DNA from: Chiloscyllium plagiosum
Taxonomy: Eukaryota
Length of the DNA stretch: 64,000 nt
Assembly: GCF_004010195.1 (NCBI RefSeq)
Contig: NC_057753.1
Span: 12,659,631-12,723,630, forward strand
Direction: 5' to 3'
Shown: positions 51,386 to 62,400 of the stretch, in pieces
How positions within the stretch are numbered: the stretch's first letter is position 1
Layout: each line of letters begins with the position of its first letter
Position numbers and translations under genes: made by a program
The notes under the pieces: generated by a model
What the model was told of the DNA's origin: nothing
What the model saw: the letters and a program-made list of their open reading frames with translations, nothing else
Database searches by the model: none

Positions 51386-52484
51386 ATGTGTCTCTCCATT
51401 GTGTCTCTGGTCTTGGTTACTTCCATTATTGGGAATAACTAAATTTTTAAATCGCAGTTATTTTCTCGAGGAATAAATTTGACAAATACAATACTTGCTT
51501 TTGGCAAGTATCAGAGCTGGATTGGAACACTTTTTGTTTTTTACATACACTTTTGCGATCTATCTTGCATGAGGAACAAAAGTACACAAAACACAACGTA
51601 GAAGCGAGTTTTGGGGATGATGCTGTATTGAGAGACTATAGCTGTCTCAAAACAGCGTATAAGGTGTTCCTTTGGCCTCTAATGAGAAGACTAACGGACA
51701 ACTGGACTGAAGTATTTAGAATGAAGCAAATATATTTGGCTTCGGACATGGAGAGGAATATACCTCTTGAGAAGAATTACAGATTTGTAAATTTAAATGA
51801 GAAAATGCTAGTGGCACAGACTGGTTCAATGTGGATTTGAAGAGAAATATGTTTAGCCCCAGACCAGGCAGAAAATGCGCTTGTCATTACGACAAGAAAC
51901 ATTTGGAGAAAACAAGAACGATCTATTTAAAAGGAAACCAGATGAACGGGTGCAGATGAAATGGATAAAGTGTTTGTTGTTAGCATGAGTGGAAGAAATA
52001 GGCAAGACGACAGTGTTTACACATGGGCATGAGCCTGGCGGTAAGAATGAACTTTTTTTCTGCTCTCGGTAAGGAAGTGTTGCGAATTTGGTTGAGTTCA
52101 CTCATACATTTTGTCACCGATTGCGGCTTTATCTTACATTGTGTTTGAGATCTGAACGAGGCAGATTCTGTCACTCAGCGGGAGACCTCGCTCACTGAGG
52201 GAGAAGACATCACTTTAAACTGCACCTACAGCGGAAATGATCATTACTGATTCTGGTACTGTCTGTACCCAGACATACAGTCCGAGTTTGCAATCCAGAG
52301 GTAAAAGAGTGGTGTTTCTGAAAAGAAGGCGGATTTCGCTCAGAACCTCTTTTCTGATACCGTCCAGCAGACAGTGAAGTTTGACCGATTGACCATCTCA
52401 GAGCTGGTGCTATCTAACACCGCCGTCTATTAATGTGCAACGACTCAGAGTGATGGAAAAGAGTGAAAGCCTTGTACAATATCT
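51386..52484 (+). pseudogene. V pseudogene V-d, copy B
   Basis: Leader 51386-51431 (donor mutated to GG). V exon from 52150: DSVTQRETSLTEGEDITLNCTYSGNDHY*FWY...NTAVY*CAT. RSS CAGAGTG (52446-52452) + 23 + ACAATATCT. Confidence 0.9.
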
Positions 52485-53990
52485 GCTGCAGTATCTGTTT
52501 AACAGCTGCTGCCTGTTGAAGGCTGTTTATGACGAGTTACACACTGACACTTAGGTACATTCCTGTGAGGAAATGCCTGATGACTATCTGTCAGAAAAAA
52601 TTCTAAAGTCGTTCACATGGAATAGTGATATTGATTATCGAACTAATTATGAGACTTACCTCATTATACTCCCTTGTATTTGGTGATGTGTGGAAAGCCC
52701 GGCTCACTTGCATTGACAATACAGATTTTCAAACTGGCTTGTCATTAACTGTATCCACTGATCTCCTGATGGAGAAAACCTAGAAACTAATCTGTCAAAT
52801 CGTCTTGGATAAGACATACTGAATGAAGAGCAGTCGGTCATTGATGAAAATCTGAATCATCACACTAACCTGATTGAGCATATCTCAATATTGAAGTACA
52901 CATATTACAGATTGAAAATCCACAATAATGTAAGTTATCGAGGAAATATTTTCGGGATATGATGTGAAGTTAACCTTGTATGACGTTATCAGAAAACGAC
53001 TTACAAAGATCTTAAAAGGACTAAAGAATGTGAGGTACAATGAGAAGCTGAGACACTTTTCCCCTGAGAGAAAGACAGGGTAGGAGGTGGAAAGGCGAAC
53101 ATCTAAAGGTCATAAAATCATCATTGGTGCGTAAAAGCTGAATAGCAAATGTCTCAGCCTGGGTAGGCGAGTTCAAACCTGGAGTACAAATTATTAAACT
53201 GAGAGCGGAGAGATTTGAGGTGATTTCGTGGGTAAATTTGTCATGTAGAGTTTGATGCGCACGTGCAATTAATAGCCCGAGAAAGGGGTAGATGCAGGGG
53301 CAATTATAACATCTCAGAGACATTTGCGCAGGCACGTGAATAGGAAGAATTTCGAATGAGATGGACCAAACTCCGCTGAACGTGAATACTTTAGTTTCAG
53401 AAGCCTGTTCGGTCTAAACGCGTTGGACCGAATGAATTGTATCTTTGCTACATTATTCCATGACTCTAATCTGTGAGAACAGGCGCTCTTTGTTCTTGCA
53501 ACATTTGGTATCAAAACATCTGATTTCAAAAAAAAGTGTTTATGTTAGCGAATATTAATCGAGCTTTTAGGAACTTGAACTCATTGGTTCAGGCATTTTA
53601 TGAGTAAAATGTATCTGTTTTATTATTTTCTTGCCTATCCTACAGTGCGATCCTGCTGCTTTGAAATATTCATTGCTGATTGGAAAAGATGGTCAGGTCA
53701 GATATTTTGGGAAGATTTCTTGTTTGAATGTTTATAACAATAGGGAAGAAATTCCTGAATCACTTGCATTGATTATTGTCAGAATGTATTCGATATAAGA
53801 CACAGAGTAAACCGGCCCCAATGATGCGCTGTTAACTTTTAGATTATTCAATATTTGGATACATTTCAATTTTGTGGTTTTGTGAAGGTTATATTTTGAA
53901 AGTATATGTTTCTCTGCAATGGTCCCCCGACGCCCTCCATTCTCCTATCCACACATGCACAATTTAATGAGTGCTGTTTCATTGCGGCAG

Positions 53991-54029
53991 AGTTTTTGTA
54001 CGAGGCTGGCTCTCGTTCCTGTCACTGTG
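53991..54029 (-). promoter_or_regulatory. 23-spacer recombination signal sequence of V-e copy B
   Basis: CACAGTG (54029-54023) + 23 nt + ACAAAAACT (53999-53991). Confidence 0.95.
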
Positions 54030-54336
54030 TCTCTCAGTCCACAGTAATATACTGCACTGTCAGACAGCTGCAGCTCACCAATGGTGAAATTGCCTTCACT
54101 GTTCGACGTGTCCAGAGACGACAAAAATCGAGTCGTCACCCCCTCAGCTCTGACAGGATCTCCGTAGTTAGGAATGTTTATCAAGAACGTCAGAGATTTT
54201 CCGCGGTACTGACGGTACAACTGTAAAGAATATGAAGTATGTTGGATCGAGTAGCTGAATTTAATGGTCACTGAATCTCCTTCGAACAATTTGATTGCAG
54301 TCGGCTCTTGTGAAATCGAGTCTGCACAATTAGCAC
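54030..54336 (-). CDS. TCR alpha/delta-type V exon, V-e copy B (open frame; first Cys>Phe, FR2 Trp>Leu)
   Basis: Acceptor tttctttag|gt. Reads ANCADSISQEPTAIKLFEGDSVTIKFSYSIQHTSYSLQLYRQYRGKSLTFLI...ELQLSDSAVYYCGLR with no stops. Confidence 0.9.
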
Positions 54337-54505
54337 CTAAAGAAATTTGGAAATAACCGACAGTTACTTGTCATATTCTCGTTTTAATCAAATAATGTCA
54401 AGAATGTGAGAAACTACGTCACAAATAGCGAGGAAAAATTAGTTACAGGGAAGGTCACCATACCTATGTCAATTATCAACAACATTCGCCACCTATTGAA
54501 CTTAC

Positions 54506-54557
54506 CAGTTAAGAATTCTGCAGTAGTCATCAATGTGTAAAATGTAAAAAGCAACAT
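54506..54557 (-). CDS. Leader exon of V-e copy B
   Basis: MLLFTFYTLMTTAEFLT + G, GTAAGT donor, 52 nt phase 1, in frame with the V exon across a 169-bp intron. TATAAAA lies about 105 nt upstream. Confidence 0.85.
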
Positions 54558-55237
54558 GCTTGGCAAGCAGAGGGTGAGTTTAAGAAAGAAGAAAAGAAAC
54601 TAGGTTGTCGTTATTCAGAGATGGTGGTGGGATTGAACACTGCAAACTGAAGCTGAAGGGTTTTTATAGATGTTGTTCTGTCATATCCGGTCTTACTGCC
54701 GACTGGTTCTTTCGTGTAAGCATCGCCAGGCAGCATCCAGTCAGCTCAAGACCTATTGTTCTCTAGTCATGATATCAGAGAGCTGCTCAGCAAACCTTCG
54801 AATCTGCTCCACTGCTCAATTTGACTATGGTTAGCCCAGTAAACATTCACTGTGGAGCACAACTCCAAAGTATCTTATTTCCTTGAAGATCCACTAATCT
54901 TATCAAAATCATTGAGAAATAAATTCAAAGATAGGACAATGGCTCCTCTTCTGACGTACTGACTTTAAGTGAAATAGGTATTTACTCTAATTCTGGGCAT
55001 TTTTACACAGACAATCTTTAAACTGAGTCGTTGATGCTTGAAAGCTCATGTCGTTATAGTTACAGTTCCCTAATTCGTGATTAGGTGTGTTTTAATACCA
55101 AAGTAAGGGCGAATTTAGTGTAGAATACAAGCATGAAGTACAGAAGGAAATAATTCAGGACAGATGAGCTGGTTTACAATACTGCTCAAAGATATGTGTG
55201 TGTGTGTTTGGGCGGGGTAGAAGAATCGTGTTTTGTC

Positions 55238-55561
55238 AGGTTTTGTCCGGAGTGCCAGTGGCCGTCTGTCAGTGTGGGGGTCAGCACATATAAACATACC
55301 TCAGCGTAAGAGATATGAGTAAAAGTGATCTTGAAATAAACTGTTATGGTTTCTTTCGCCAGACTGGTAGAAAACCTGTCTGAAGAATCTGGAGACTTTC
55401 ACCCTGTTCCTTATCGAATCTTCTCAGTAAACACCTCGGAGCTTTCCCAGGAAACTGACTGCACAAGAAGACTGATGATGTACTGTATTTCACTGGGTAA
55501 AGAGATTTCAGAATCCATTCTTTAAAGTAGATTCCACAAAATTGTATCTAGGTAACTCCTT
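55238..55561 (-). pseudogene. V pseudogene V-f
   Basis: VFLCSQFPGKAPRCLLRRF..(frameshift)..SPDSSDRFSTSLAKETITVYFKIT..ISYAEVCLYVLT. RSS CACACTG (55276-55270) + 23 + ACAAAACCT (55246-55238). Acceptor ttttaccag near 55562. Confidence 0.8.
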
Positions 55562-56825
55562 CTGGTAAAACAAAATATAAGATGTCAAAAATCAGTCGTG
55601 AATCAGATGAATTGCACTTCGACTTAATTAACTCAGAGCAACTGGTATTTGCATAACCATTAACATCAGCAAGACATGAAGGAGGCATGAAGGTTGACAG
55701 CAAACCAACCACTTCTTAATTTATTTTGACATGACTTAACCCACATCAAAAATAGGCCTCAATTCCTCGGTTCATGAGCGTCTTTTTTCTTGTTCCGATT
55801 GGTAGATTTCACTGACATCAACGATATATCAGTCAGAGTTAGTTCATAGCTGATTGCAGCTGAATCTCTCGAATCATTTACCTGATAACGCTATGTATTT
55901 TCCACCTCCTTGGTCTGTCTCACAATTTCAGACGTTATGTCTCTATCTTGGTTTACCTCAATTTCATCAAGCTTAATGGCTATGTACTCAAGGAAGTAAA
56001 TAGCTCTCTGTGGTTAAATTGAAAGGGGAAGTAATGTAAAATTGATTAAATACTCAGGTCGTAAGCAATGTCTGCAGCAAAGGTGCACAATTAATCATTA
56101 CTGTGAGAAGTTCAGGAAAGAAATGCAAAGTCGTCACCCACCTCCAAACTCTGGATTCTTGCCATTGGAGCCACTTTGCTGTGGAAAGTTCATAACTTCA
56201 ACCAGTCTTTACTGTGACCCCAGACGTTTGAAACCCAATGTCCCTAATTATGTTTTTTTTTTAAAATTATATCACTTTTGAAAGATTTCAATTTTTGGAT
56301 GGAACCGGATTCAGAAGTTACAGAAATAAAAAAAAAATACAGTTACTCACACTGTGGGTCTGCAAAAGATTAATAGGAGCAGCAGTACGTCATTTAGTCC
56401 TTTGACCCTGCTCCTCAGTTTCAGAATATCACGGCTGCTCTGATTGTGTCCTCTGGTCTGTTTTCGTGTCTGGCCCCAGAATACAGTTCTCCACCATAAA
56501 TTAAAATTCAGTGCGTTTCCACCTTGAACATATTCAAAGGCCCAACCCTCACTTTTATGACAGATACGAATTTCACAGACAAACGACACCCTGAGAGGGA
56601 AGTAATAACGTCCTCATCTCCATTTACGTGGGAGGGCCGCAATTTTAACATGTTTGACCTATATTTCCAGAGTCACCAAGAAGGAATATCATCTCCTCAG
56701 CATCCAAAGGTTTTTTGCTGTTTGGGATATTTCATGTTCTGCATGAAACATCGCCAATTATTCTCAATCTTTTGCCAATGTTTTGAATTTGTCTCCCCTG
56801 GTGCCCTTGATTGTCAAGCTGATAA

Positions 56826-56863
56826 CGTTTTTGTGCATGGGATGAGGAACTCCCACCACTGTG
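56826..56863 (-). promoter_or_regulatory. Recombination signal sequence of V-g (22-nt spacer)
   Basis: CACAGTG (56863-56857) + 22 nt + ACAAAAACG (56834-56826). Confidence 0.92.
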
Positions 56864-57173
56864 AGTCTCAGTGCACAGTAATACAAGGCGCTATCTTTCA
56901 GCTTCAAACCTTTCATTGATAAGTGGAAAACTCGTTTTTCCCGATTGAGATTCCCACTTAAGTGTTCAAAACCGGGAGTTGCATCATTATATCCATAACT
57001 GTCCGCTCTGATCAGGTATTGAGGTGCTTGCTGTGCATACTGGCAGTACCAGAACAGGCCATAGTTTGCAATTGCAGCAGATACCGAGTAGTTGCAAGTT
57101 ATAGCTGAATCTTCACCCGTGAATGCTTTGACGCCTTGTTCTGACTGGGACACCAAGTCTCCATTACTCATCT
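56864..57173 (-). CDS. TCR alpha/delta-type V exon, V-g (apparently functional)
   Basis: Acceptor aatttcag|ag. Reads MSNGDLVSQSEQGVKAFTGEDSAITCNYS...LFWYCQYAQQAPQYLI...LKLKDSALYYCALR, with both canonical Cys and the Trp present. Confidence 0.92.
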
Positions 57174-57299
57174 CTGAAATTAAACCGTGGACACACAATG
57201 GGTTAGAGAGAGGATGACAAAGAGATAATCGCCTGCAGATTCAATTTGAAAATAAAATGAAGACTTGGGTCTGTAGTCTGGAGATTCAACAGAACAGAC

Positions 57300-57345
57300 C
57301 TGTGAATAAGAGAATAAACAGAGGCAGGCAGAGTTTTATTCTCAT
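57300..57345 (-). CDS. Leader exon of V-g
   Basis: MRIKLCLPLFILLFT + G, 46 nt phase 1, GT donor (acag|gtctgt, weak consensus), 126-bp intron, in frame with the V exon. Confidence 0.8.
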
Positions 57346-57529
57346 TATTGCCAAATCTCCAGAATCAGAGAGAATAATCACACTCTGCACCAGATCTGGA
57401 ATTGGAGAAATTGAAACAATTGGGGGATGTTATGCATGTGGCTGTGCTTTCATTTCCCCGCCCAGTTTTATTTCTTTGAACAAACTCTTCTATGAAACGG
57501 GAAATAATGATCTTCAGCAGGTAATCAGG

Positions 57530-57548
57530 CAGTGCCCTCCTGTGGCCA
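57530..57548 (-). promoter_or_regulatory. Candidate CTCF site upstream of V-g
   Basis: TGGCCACAGGAGGGCACTG closely matches the CTCF core consensus (TGGCCACCAGGGGGCGCT-like) and lies ~185 nt upstream of the leader ATG. Confidence 0.6.
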
Positions 57549-57739
57549 GCAGAATAACCTTTAGTAAACAATTAGACACAGCCATGACACAGTGACAGAC
57601 ACTTGCAGACACATTCATGCACGCATGCATGCACCCACAAATGTAAAGCAGGAGATGAAAACCAAACGTGCCATGGAAGTTTTTAAGATGATAAATGAAA
57701 CATTAATCTGAGCAATACATCAGTACGAGTCAGTACCTC

Positions 57740-57900
57740 ATGTTAAAAGTATGCCTCCTTGGGAAAACTCTGGATCTATTTCTGATTGAAATCTCCAGGG
57801 ATTTTCAGGCAATCCACACTCTTTCACGCTTGCGAGTGTCCCTTTATACCATACTCCATCAAATGCCTTCGTGATGTGCAGGAAATAATTTTTCACATCA
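57740..57900 (-). mobile_element. Small LINE RT remnant
   Basis: FLHITKAFDGVWYKG and SQGGILL resemble the RT motifs LDxxKAFD and PQGSIL. Confidence 0.55.
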
Positions 57901-58863
57901 TGTCTGTGTTTTTTTTTGTGTGTTTGGACTAAGGATACAGTCCGTTCAGGAGCCGATTTGGACCTGGCAGAAGCTTCACCTTCGTGGTCAGCAGAGCCCG
58001 CAAGAGATTCAGATGTAAAGAGAATCGACAAGACACGGAGGTGGCCAACGGCAGGGCATCTATTATCTTGCTCTTCGTCACCTCGTGTAGACTTCCATGG
58101 GTTGACCTACATCAGACGTTTCCTCCACGTGCGGGTTTCAGATGTCATGAAACGTTTGAGCTCACATCCTGACAGGCGTAAGGATGTCAGGATTATACAA
58201 AGCAGAAGTGGAAACGGTTATTGATAAACACGAGGTCAAAGTTCTCCGAGCATAAATGGGAATGCTATGCCTGCTTGCAATCAGATCAGCCATAATTTTA
58301 TTTAAAGATGAAGTATAATCCAGATGTCATATGGTCCACTCCTCGTTCTTGTTCCAAATTTCCCTCGTTCCTATTGCAAAGAGTAATGCAACATGGTGTC
58401 AGACAGCCGAGGCACCGAGTTGGCGGATCAGTACAATGGATGACATTAACAATTTGACATTGGTCTGATCCACTGTGCAGTGTTCTTGGAATCTAAACTA
58501 CAGCATAGAAAATGATCTCCCCAATTGCAGGATTACAAGTAAAAGGGACGTCATGAGGACCGTCCTCACAAGTTGGGAAAAATCTGTTGCTTTTCATTGA
58601 ACAATTAAGTCGCCTGAAATAAAAGTAAACCCTGATTGTTGTAAATCTTCACTGCGATTTGAGATGTAATTAATATTCATAATGATGACGTCGGTTGGTT
58701 AACTTAGAAGAATCTACATCAGGTGTTAAGGCAGAAGAAGAGGTTACAAATTAAATGCAAAATAACTATTTTAACACAAACCAAACTTAAGGTACGCCAT
58801 TAACAGTCGATTCTAATTGCTAGGTGTGCGATCTTGCTGTACTGAGTAATGACTGGAGACATT

Positions 58864-59200
58864 GTTTTTTGTGTGTGGAGAATATCTGCTACATCTATGA
58901 AGCACTGTGCGATCCATCGTGCAGGACTACACTGCAGAAGTAAGTGCATTGTCGATTGACAGTTTGGTGATGTTGCCAATGCTCTCAAACGTTGAAGAGA
59001 AACATTCAGTGACTTTTGGATTCCTTTCGTATTCCTTCCTGGAAAACGAAAACATTCTGTTGAGCCTGTCCAAAATGATGATTTTTACAGGATAGGTACA
59101 TTCGATTGCAGCGTATTTTTAAGCTGCAGGTTACTGTGACATTTCTTCCCCCTTGAACCATCGTTTCAGAGGGCAGGTTCTCCACTGTTTCTTGACGATT
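58864..59200 (-). pseudogene. V pseudogene V-h
   Basis: Acceptor ttttgcatag. Reads ETVENLPSETMVQGGRNVTVTCSL...FGQAQQ..(frameshift)..CFSSTFES..TKLSIDNALTSAV*SC. CACAGTG (58909-58903) with a 30-nt spacer to ACAAAAAAC. Decayed leader near 59312-59360. Confidence 0.7.
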
Positions 59201-59454
59201 CTATGCAAAAAGAAAACCTGGTCCAGTAATCATCATGGCATCACTATTGCCTTACGTTAGTATCCAACCTGTAACAATATTTTCGTCTCAACAGTCGAAG
59301 AGAAGAGATACTTGGTGGAAAGGAGATAATGCCTGAGAAATAATATAACGATCATGAGCATTGCAGGAAACTTCTGCATAGGGCAACTTGATTCCGAATC
59401 AATGAAATTCAAACTGTCACAGGAATAATACATTCACTGACCCAATTCATGGCT

Positions 59455-59535
59455 AATCCTGAAGAAAGGCTTATGACCAAAACGTCGATTCTTGGATGCT
59501 CCTGACCTGCTGCGCTTTTCCAGCAACACATTTCC
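59455..59535 (+). mobile_element. Short retroelement terminus with degenerate hammerhead motif
   Basis: AAUC-CUGAAGA-AAGGCUUAUGACC-AAAA-C-GUC-GAUU followed by gatgctcctgacctgctgcgcttttccagc; same family as 21126-21340 and 24818-24885. Confidence 0.6.
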
Positions 59536-59774
59536 AGCTCTAATCCAACTAATGACAAACCTAGTGGGCAACGTGGCCAGAACAAGAACAACAAAAGGAA
59601 GCTGAGGACGAGGCTGCCAATATTTTGCTGCTCTAATATATACCTTAAAGAATGTGCGATGCACGTGACTTTGGCATCCTCTGACATTGGCTCTGAGGAA
59701 ATTATACCGCAGGACAATATGTGAAGTTATGCAGATGATTGTTAACTACAGGGTAATTGATAAAAGATATTTGG

Positions 59775-60110
59775 TGTTTTTGTAGTTTATGGAAGCAACT
59801 GTGTTTCATGCTCACTATTTCAATGATCTTATGTCTATTTGACCAGTCGCCTCGTTTTCTGTTACTATGCATTTCCTCCTAATCGCTCTGTGTTGATTGT
59901 TTACCTTCAAAACCGTAAGTCTGTATCTTCTCAGTCTATTCATTTTGGATTCAATCCAAATCACTATCTTCTGCTTTCCTTTTCATTGTGTCCACCTTTC
60001 AGCTCATGTGTCCTGGCCCCTTCAAACCCCTGTGAAGTTTTACAGAGATAGTTGAAACGTTCCAAACCTTACCTGGGAGAGTTCGGTGACAGTATCCATC
60101 ACTTGGCCAT
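59775..60110 (-). pseudogene. Possible V relic with leader-intron structure and a short-spacer RSS-like signal
   Basis: Donor ccag|gtaagg (60073/60072) and acceptor cttcacag (60030), a decayed exon, then CACAGTT + 13 + ACAAAAACA. Confidence 0.35.
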
Positions 60111-61479
60111 CTCTCAATTGATACCGTTTCTTCTTATACACATATGCATGTTGCAATACAAATAATAGTATAGCTCATGACTCTGAATTAAATGTATGTA
60201 ATGAACAATAAAAAGGCGATGCCACTTTAATGGTGATGGTCATGTTCCCCACAAGACTTACGTTTCAACAATCCTGTACAATGATATTCAGATTAGAATT
60301 TGCCACCATCTTAATTTAATTCTGTGAAAACACTAATCCACTGTCCTTTCTTTTCAGCCATGTTGAAAGACGTCGGTTAGGCACTTTACAGCTTTCCGAT
60401 CTTAACATTTTAAAGGTGATCAGCTCATTAAAGACTCTTTTTTCATTTTGTGTTTTATTTGTTGTTTTATTGTTTTCTGGACGCAATTGTTCGTGATATT
60501 CTACTCTTATGTTTGCGTATTACTTGCATCCTGTCTCTTGTAAGTTTGATTATCTGTTTGGCTTGTAAACTTATTCCTTTCCTGTTTATTTCTGGATTGG
60601 AAAGATATTAACAATCCGTCAATATCACTTCGTTCAGATTATCACTGCATGCTGAGAAAAAATATTGGCATCACAACTTCAAAAATGACATCATGACTGA
60701 GCAATGATTTCTGGTTTTGCTTTGGAGACGCTGATTCTGGGTTTTAGTATTGATGACTTGTGATTAATGTATGTATCGGAAGTGATTGCTGTTTATATTC
60801 TTCGATATAGGGTTGAAGAACCTGGACTTACGATATGAATATTTTGAGGCCATTTATGAAGGTGGCGTTCTCTGTTGTCCAGACAATAACAGCACTGAAA
60901 CAGTGGCAATAATGTTCCCAGCATTGGAACCTGGTCAGAATGACAGCAGAAACCGGATGTTGTGGCCGGTAATACAGTAGACAGGAAGCTTAATGAATTG
61001 TGTACTGGCTTTCCGATGTGCTTGGAGTGCATAGACCACAAGGAACGACGTTTGAACTTTGAGGTCTGTGAATTAACTGCACGTGCTTACTGTTCAACTG
61101 AGTGAAAAGATGCTTGGAGGAATCAGAATACCAAAACTTTAAGCCTGGAGCGAGGCACGTCGAACTCTTCTAAATCAATATTTTAGAAAGAGTTGATGTA
61201 TTCTTTTGTCCCCAACTGCAGCCTCACGCCAGGCAATTCACTGCCGGAGATTCACTGTGCCATGTTTCTGATAATACTAGTGGCTGTGTTGGAGCGAAAG
61301 AACATATAATAGCAATGTGGTTATGTGCATTTATGCTTCAGTAATGCGAGGACAGAATCAAAGATGATTATAAAGCTTTTTAATTGGTATTTGATGAAGT
61401 TTGACATCAGTATTTGCATCTGTCTACGTTTGCATTTTAATCAGCAGGCTTGGTGTGATCACAAGTCAGTGTAGAACAA

Positions 61480-61794
61480 CGATTATGAGAATCGATCAGT
61501 CTCGTTGTTCTCACTTCATGGTTCATCGCCTGCACTGAAATAAGTGAGAGTATCTTTAAGTGTTCGTAATGTCCGAAGCGCTGTCCTCTGCTGCATGACT
61601 GAACCGTTACTCAGTCTTGTTGGCTGGTTCCATTCTCTCGATGACATACAGTCTGTCAGGGCATTTTATTTGTCACTGTAGGATTTCTCGTGCTGCTACA
61701 GTGGAACTGATCAATGATGCAGATGCTCCCTCGGTGACAATCACAGACTTCAAAGACTTTGATACAGCCTCAGCTTTCGTTGTAGCTTAAACTT
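61480..61794 (-). pseudogene. V pseudogene V-i
   Basis: AVSKSLKSVIVTEGASASLISS...ILQ*...RFS...KDTLTYFSA. Decayed RSS TGAAGTG (61518-61512) + 23 + TCATAATCG. Acceptor tctacag at ~61795. Confidence 0.6.
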
Positions 61795-62015
61795 CTGTAG
61801 ATACAAAGGGATGTCATAAACTTAACGTACGTTGAGGCAAGAATTAAGGCATTAAAATCTAATATCACATCAATAACTCGTTGGACATAACAAAACATTC
61901 ACACTCATACAAATAATGTGTAGATACAATGTCTATCAGAACAAATGATCACACTAACACGTCGGGAAGAGTTAAAAAATAATTCCTGGTGGCATTCACT
62001 GAAGAGATTGCATAC

Positions 62016-62028
62016 TGTCACTTCCTGT
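62016..62028 (-). promoter_or_regulatory. Candidate V promoter motif ACAGGAAGTGACA
   Basis: Identical 13-mer to 22882-22894 and similarly placed upstream of a V segment (V-i). Confidence 0.45.
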
Positions 62029-62400
62029 AAAATAATTGAACGAAGAATGAGACTAGTAAAGTTCATGAAAAAGGCAACGCTTATGAATGTCTAACTGAGC
62101 CATACACTAATAGCATTCCATGTGTCGGACCAATGTCTGAGGATTTCATGATCACAAAGCTGGAGGAAGAGATCCCCAGTAATGTCCATGTGTGCGCATC
62201 ATCAGACGACTAATTGTTTTGTAATGCATCACAAACTATTTTGCAAAATAATTTCATTGTAAGTTAAGATTAAAAGTCATAATATCTCAACTGTTCCTCG
62301 ACTATTCTTGTTCAATTTTGGGATTTGTTTTGGCATTGTTCTGGTAACACTGTGATGCTTACTCTGAAGACTGAACTGTTGTCTCAGATTCTCCATGTGA

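Larger units (their letters stand above)
33819..54229 (+). repeat. Segmental duplication, copy B (~20.4 kb)
   Basis: Colinear with 7064-25847, with copy-specific insertions and deletions. Confidence 0.95.

Noticed and set aside
7064-54229. Duplication as two uncollapsed alleles
   Set aside because: About 9% protein divergence in the GPCR and several copy-specific insertions and deletions are more than expected for alleles. The 500-N gap between the copies still leaves their adjacency unverified.
53945-57345. NAR-TCR V domains or IgH-like V segments, which occur in shark TCR delta loci
   Set aside because: The readable V genes have their own leaders and TCR alpha/delta-like ends (CALR, CGLR). 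No IgH-type WVRQ/YYCAR, IgNAR-like framework, or adjacent D/J segments were seen.
60850-61120. Possible V relic on the minus strand (GKPV, RFSAV, YC)
   Set aside because: Motifs lie in different frames and the RSS match is too weak to support a call.
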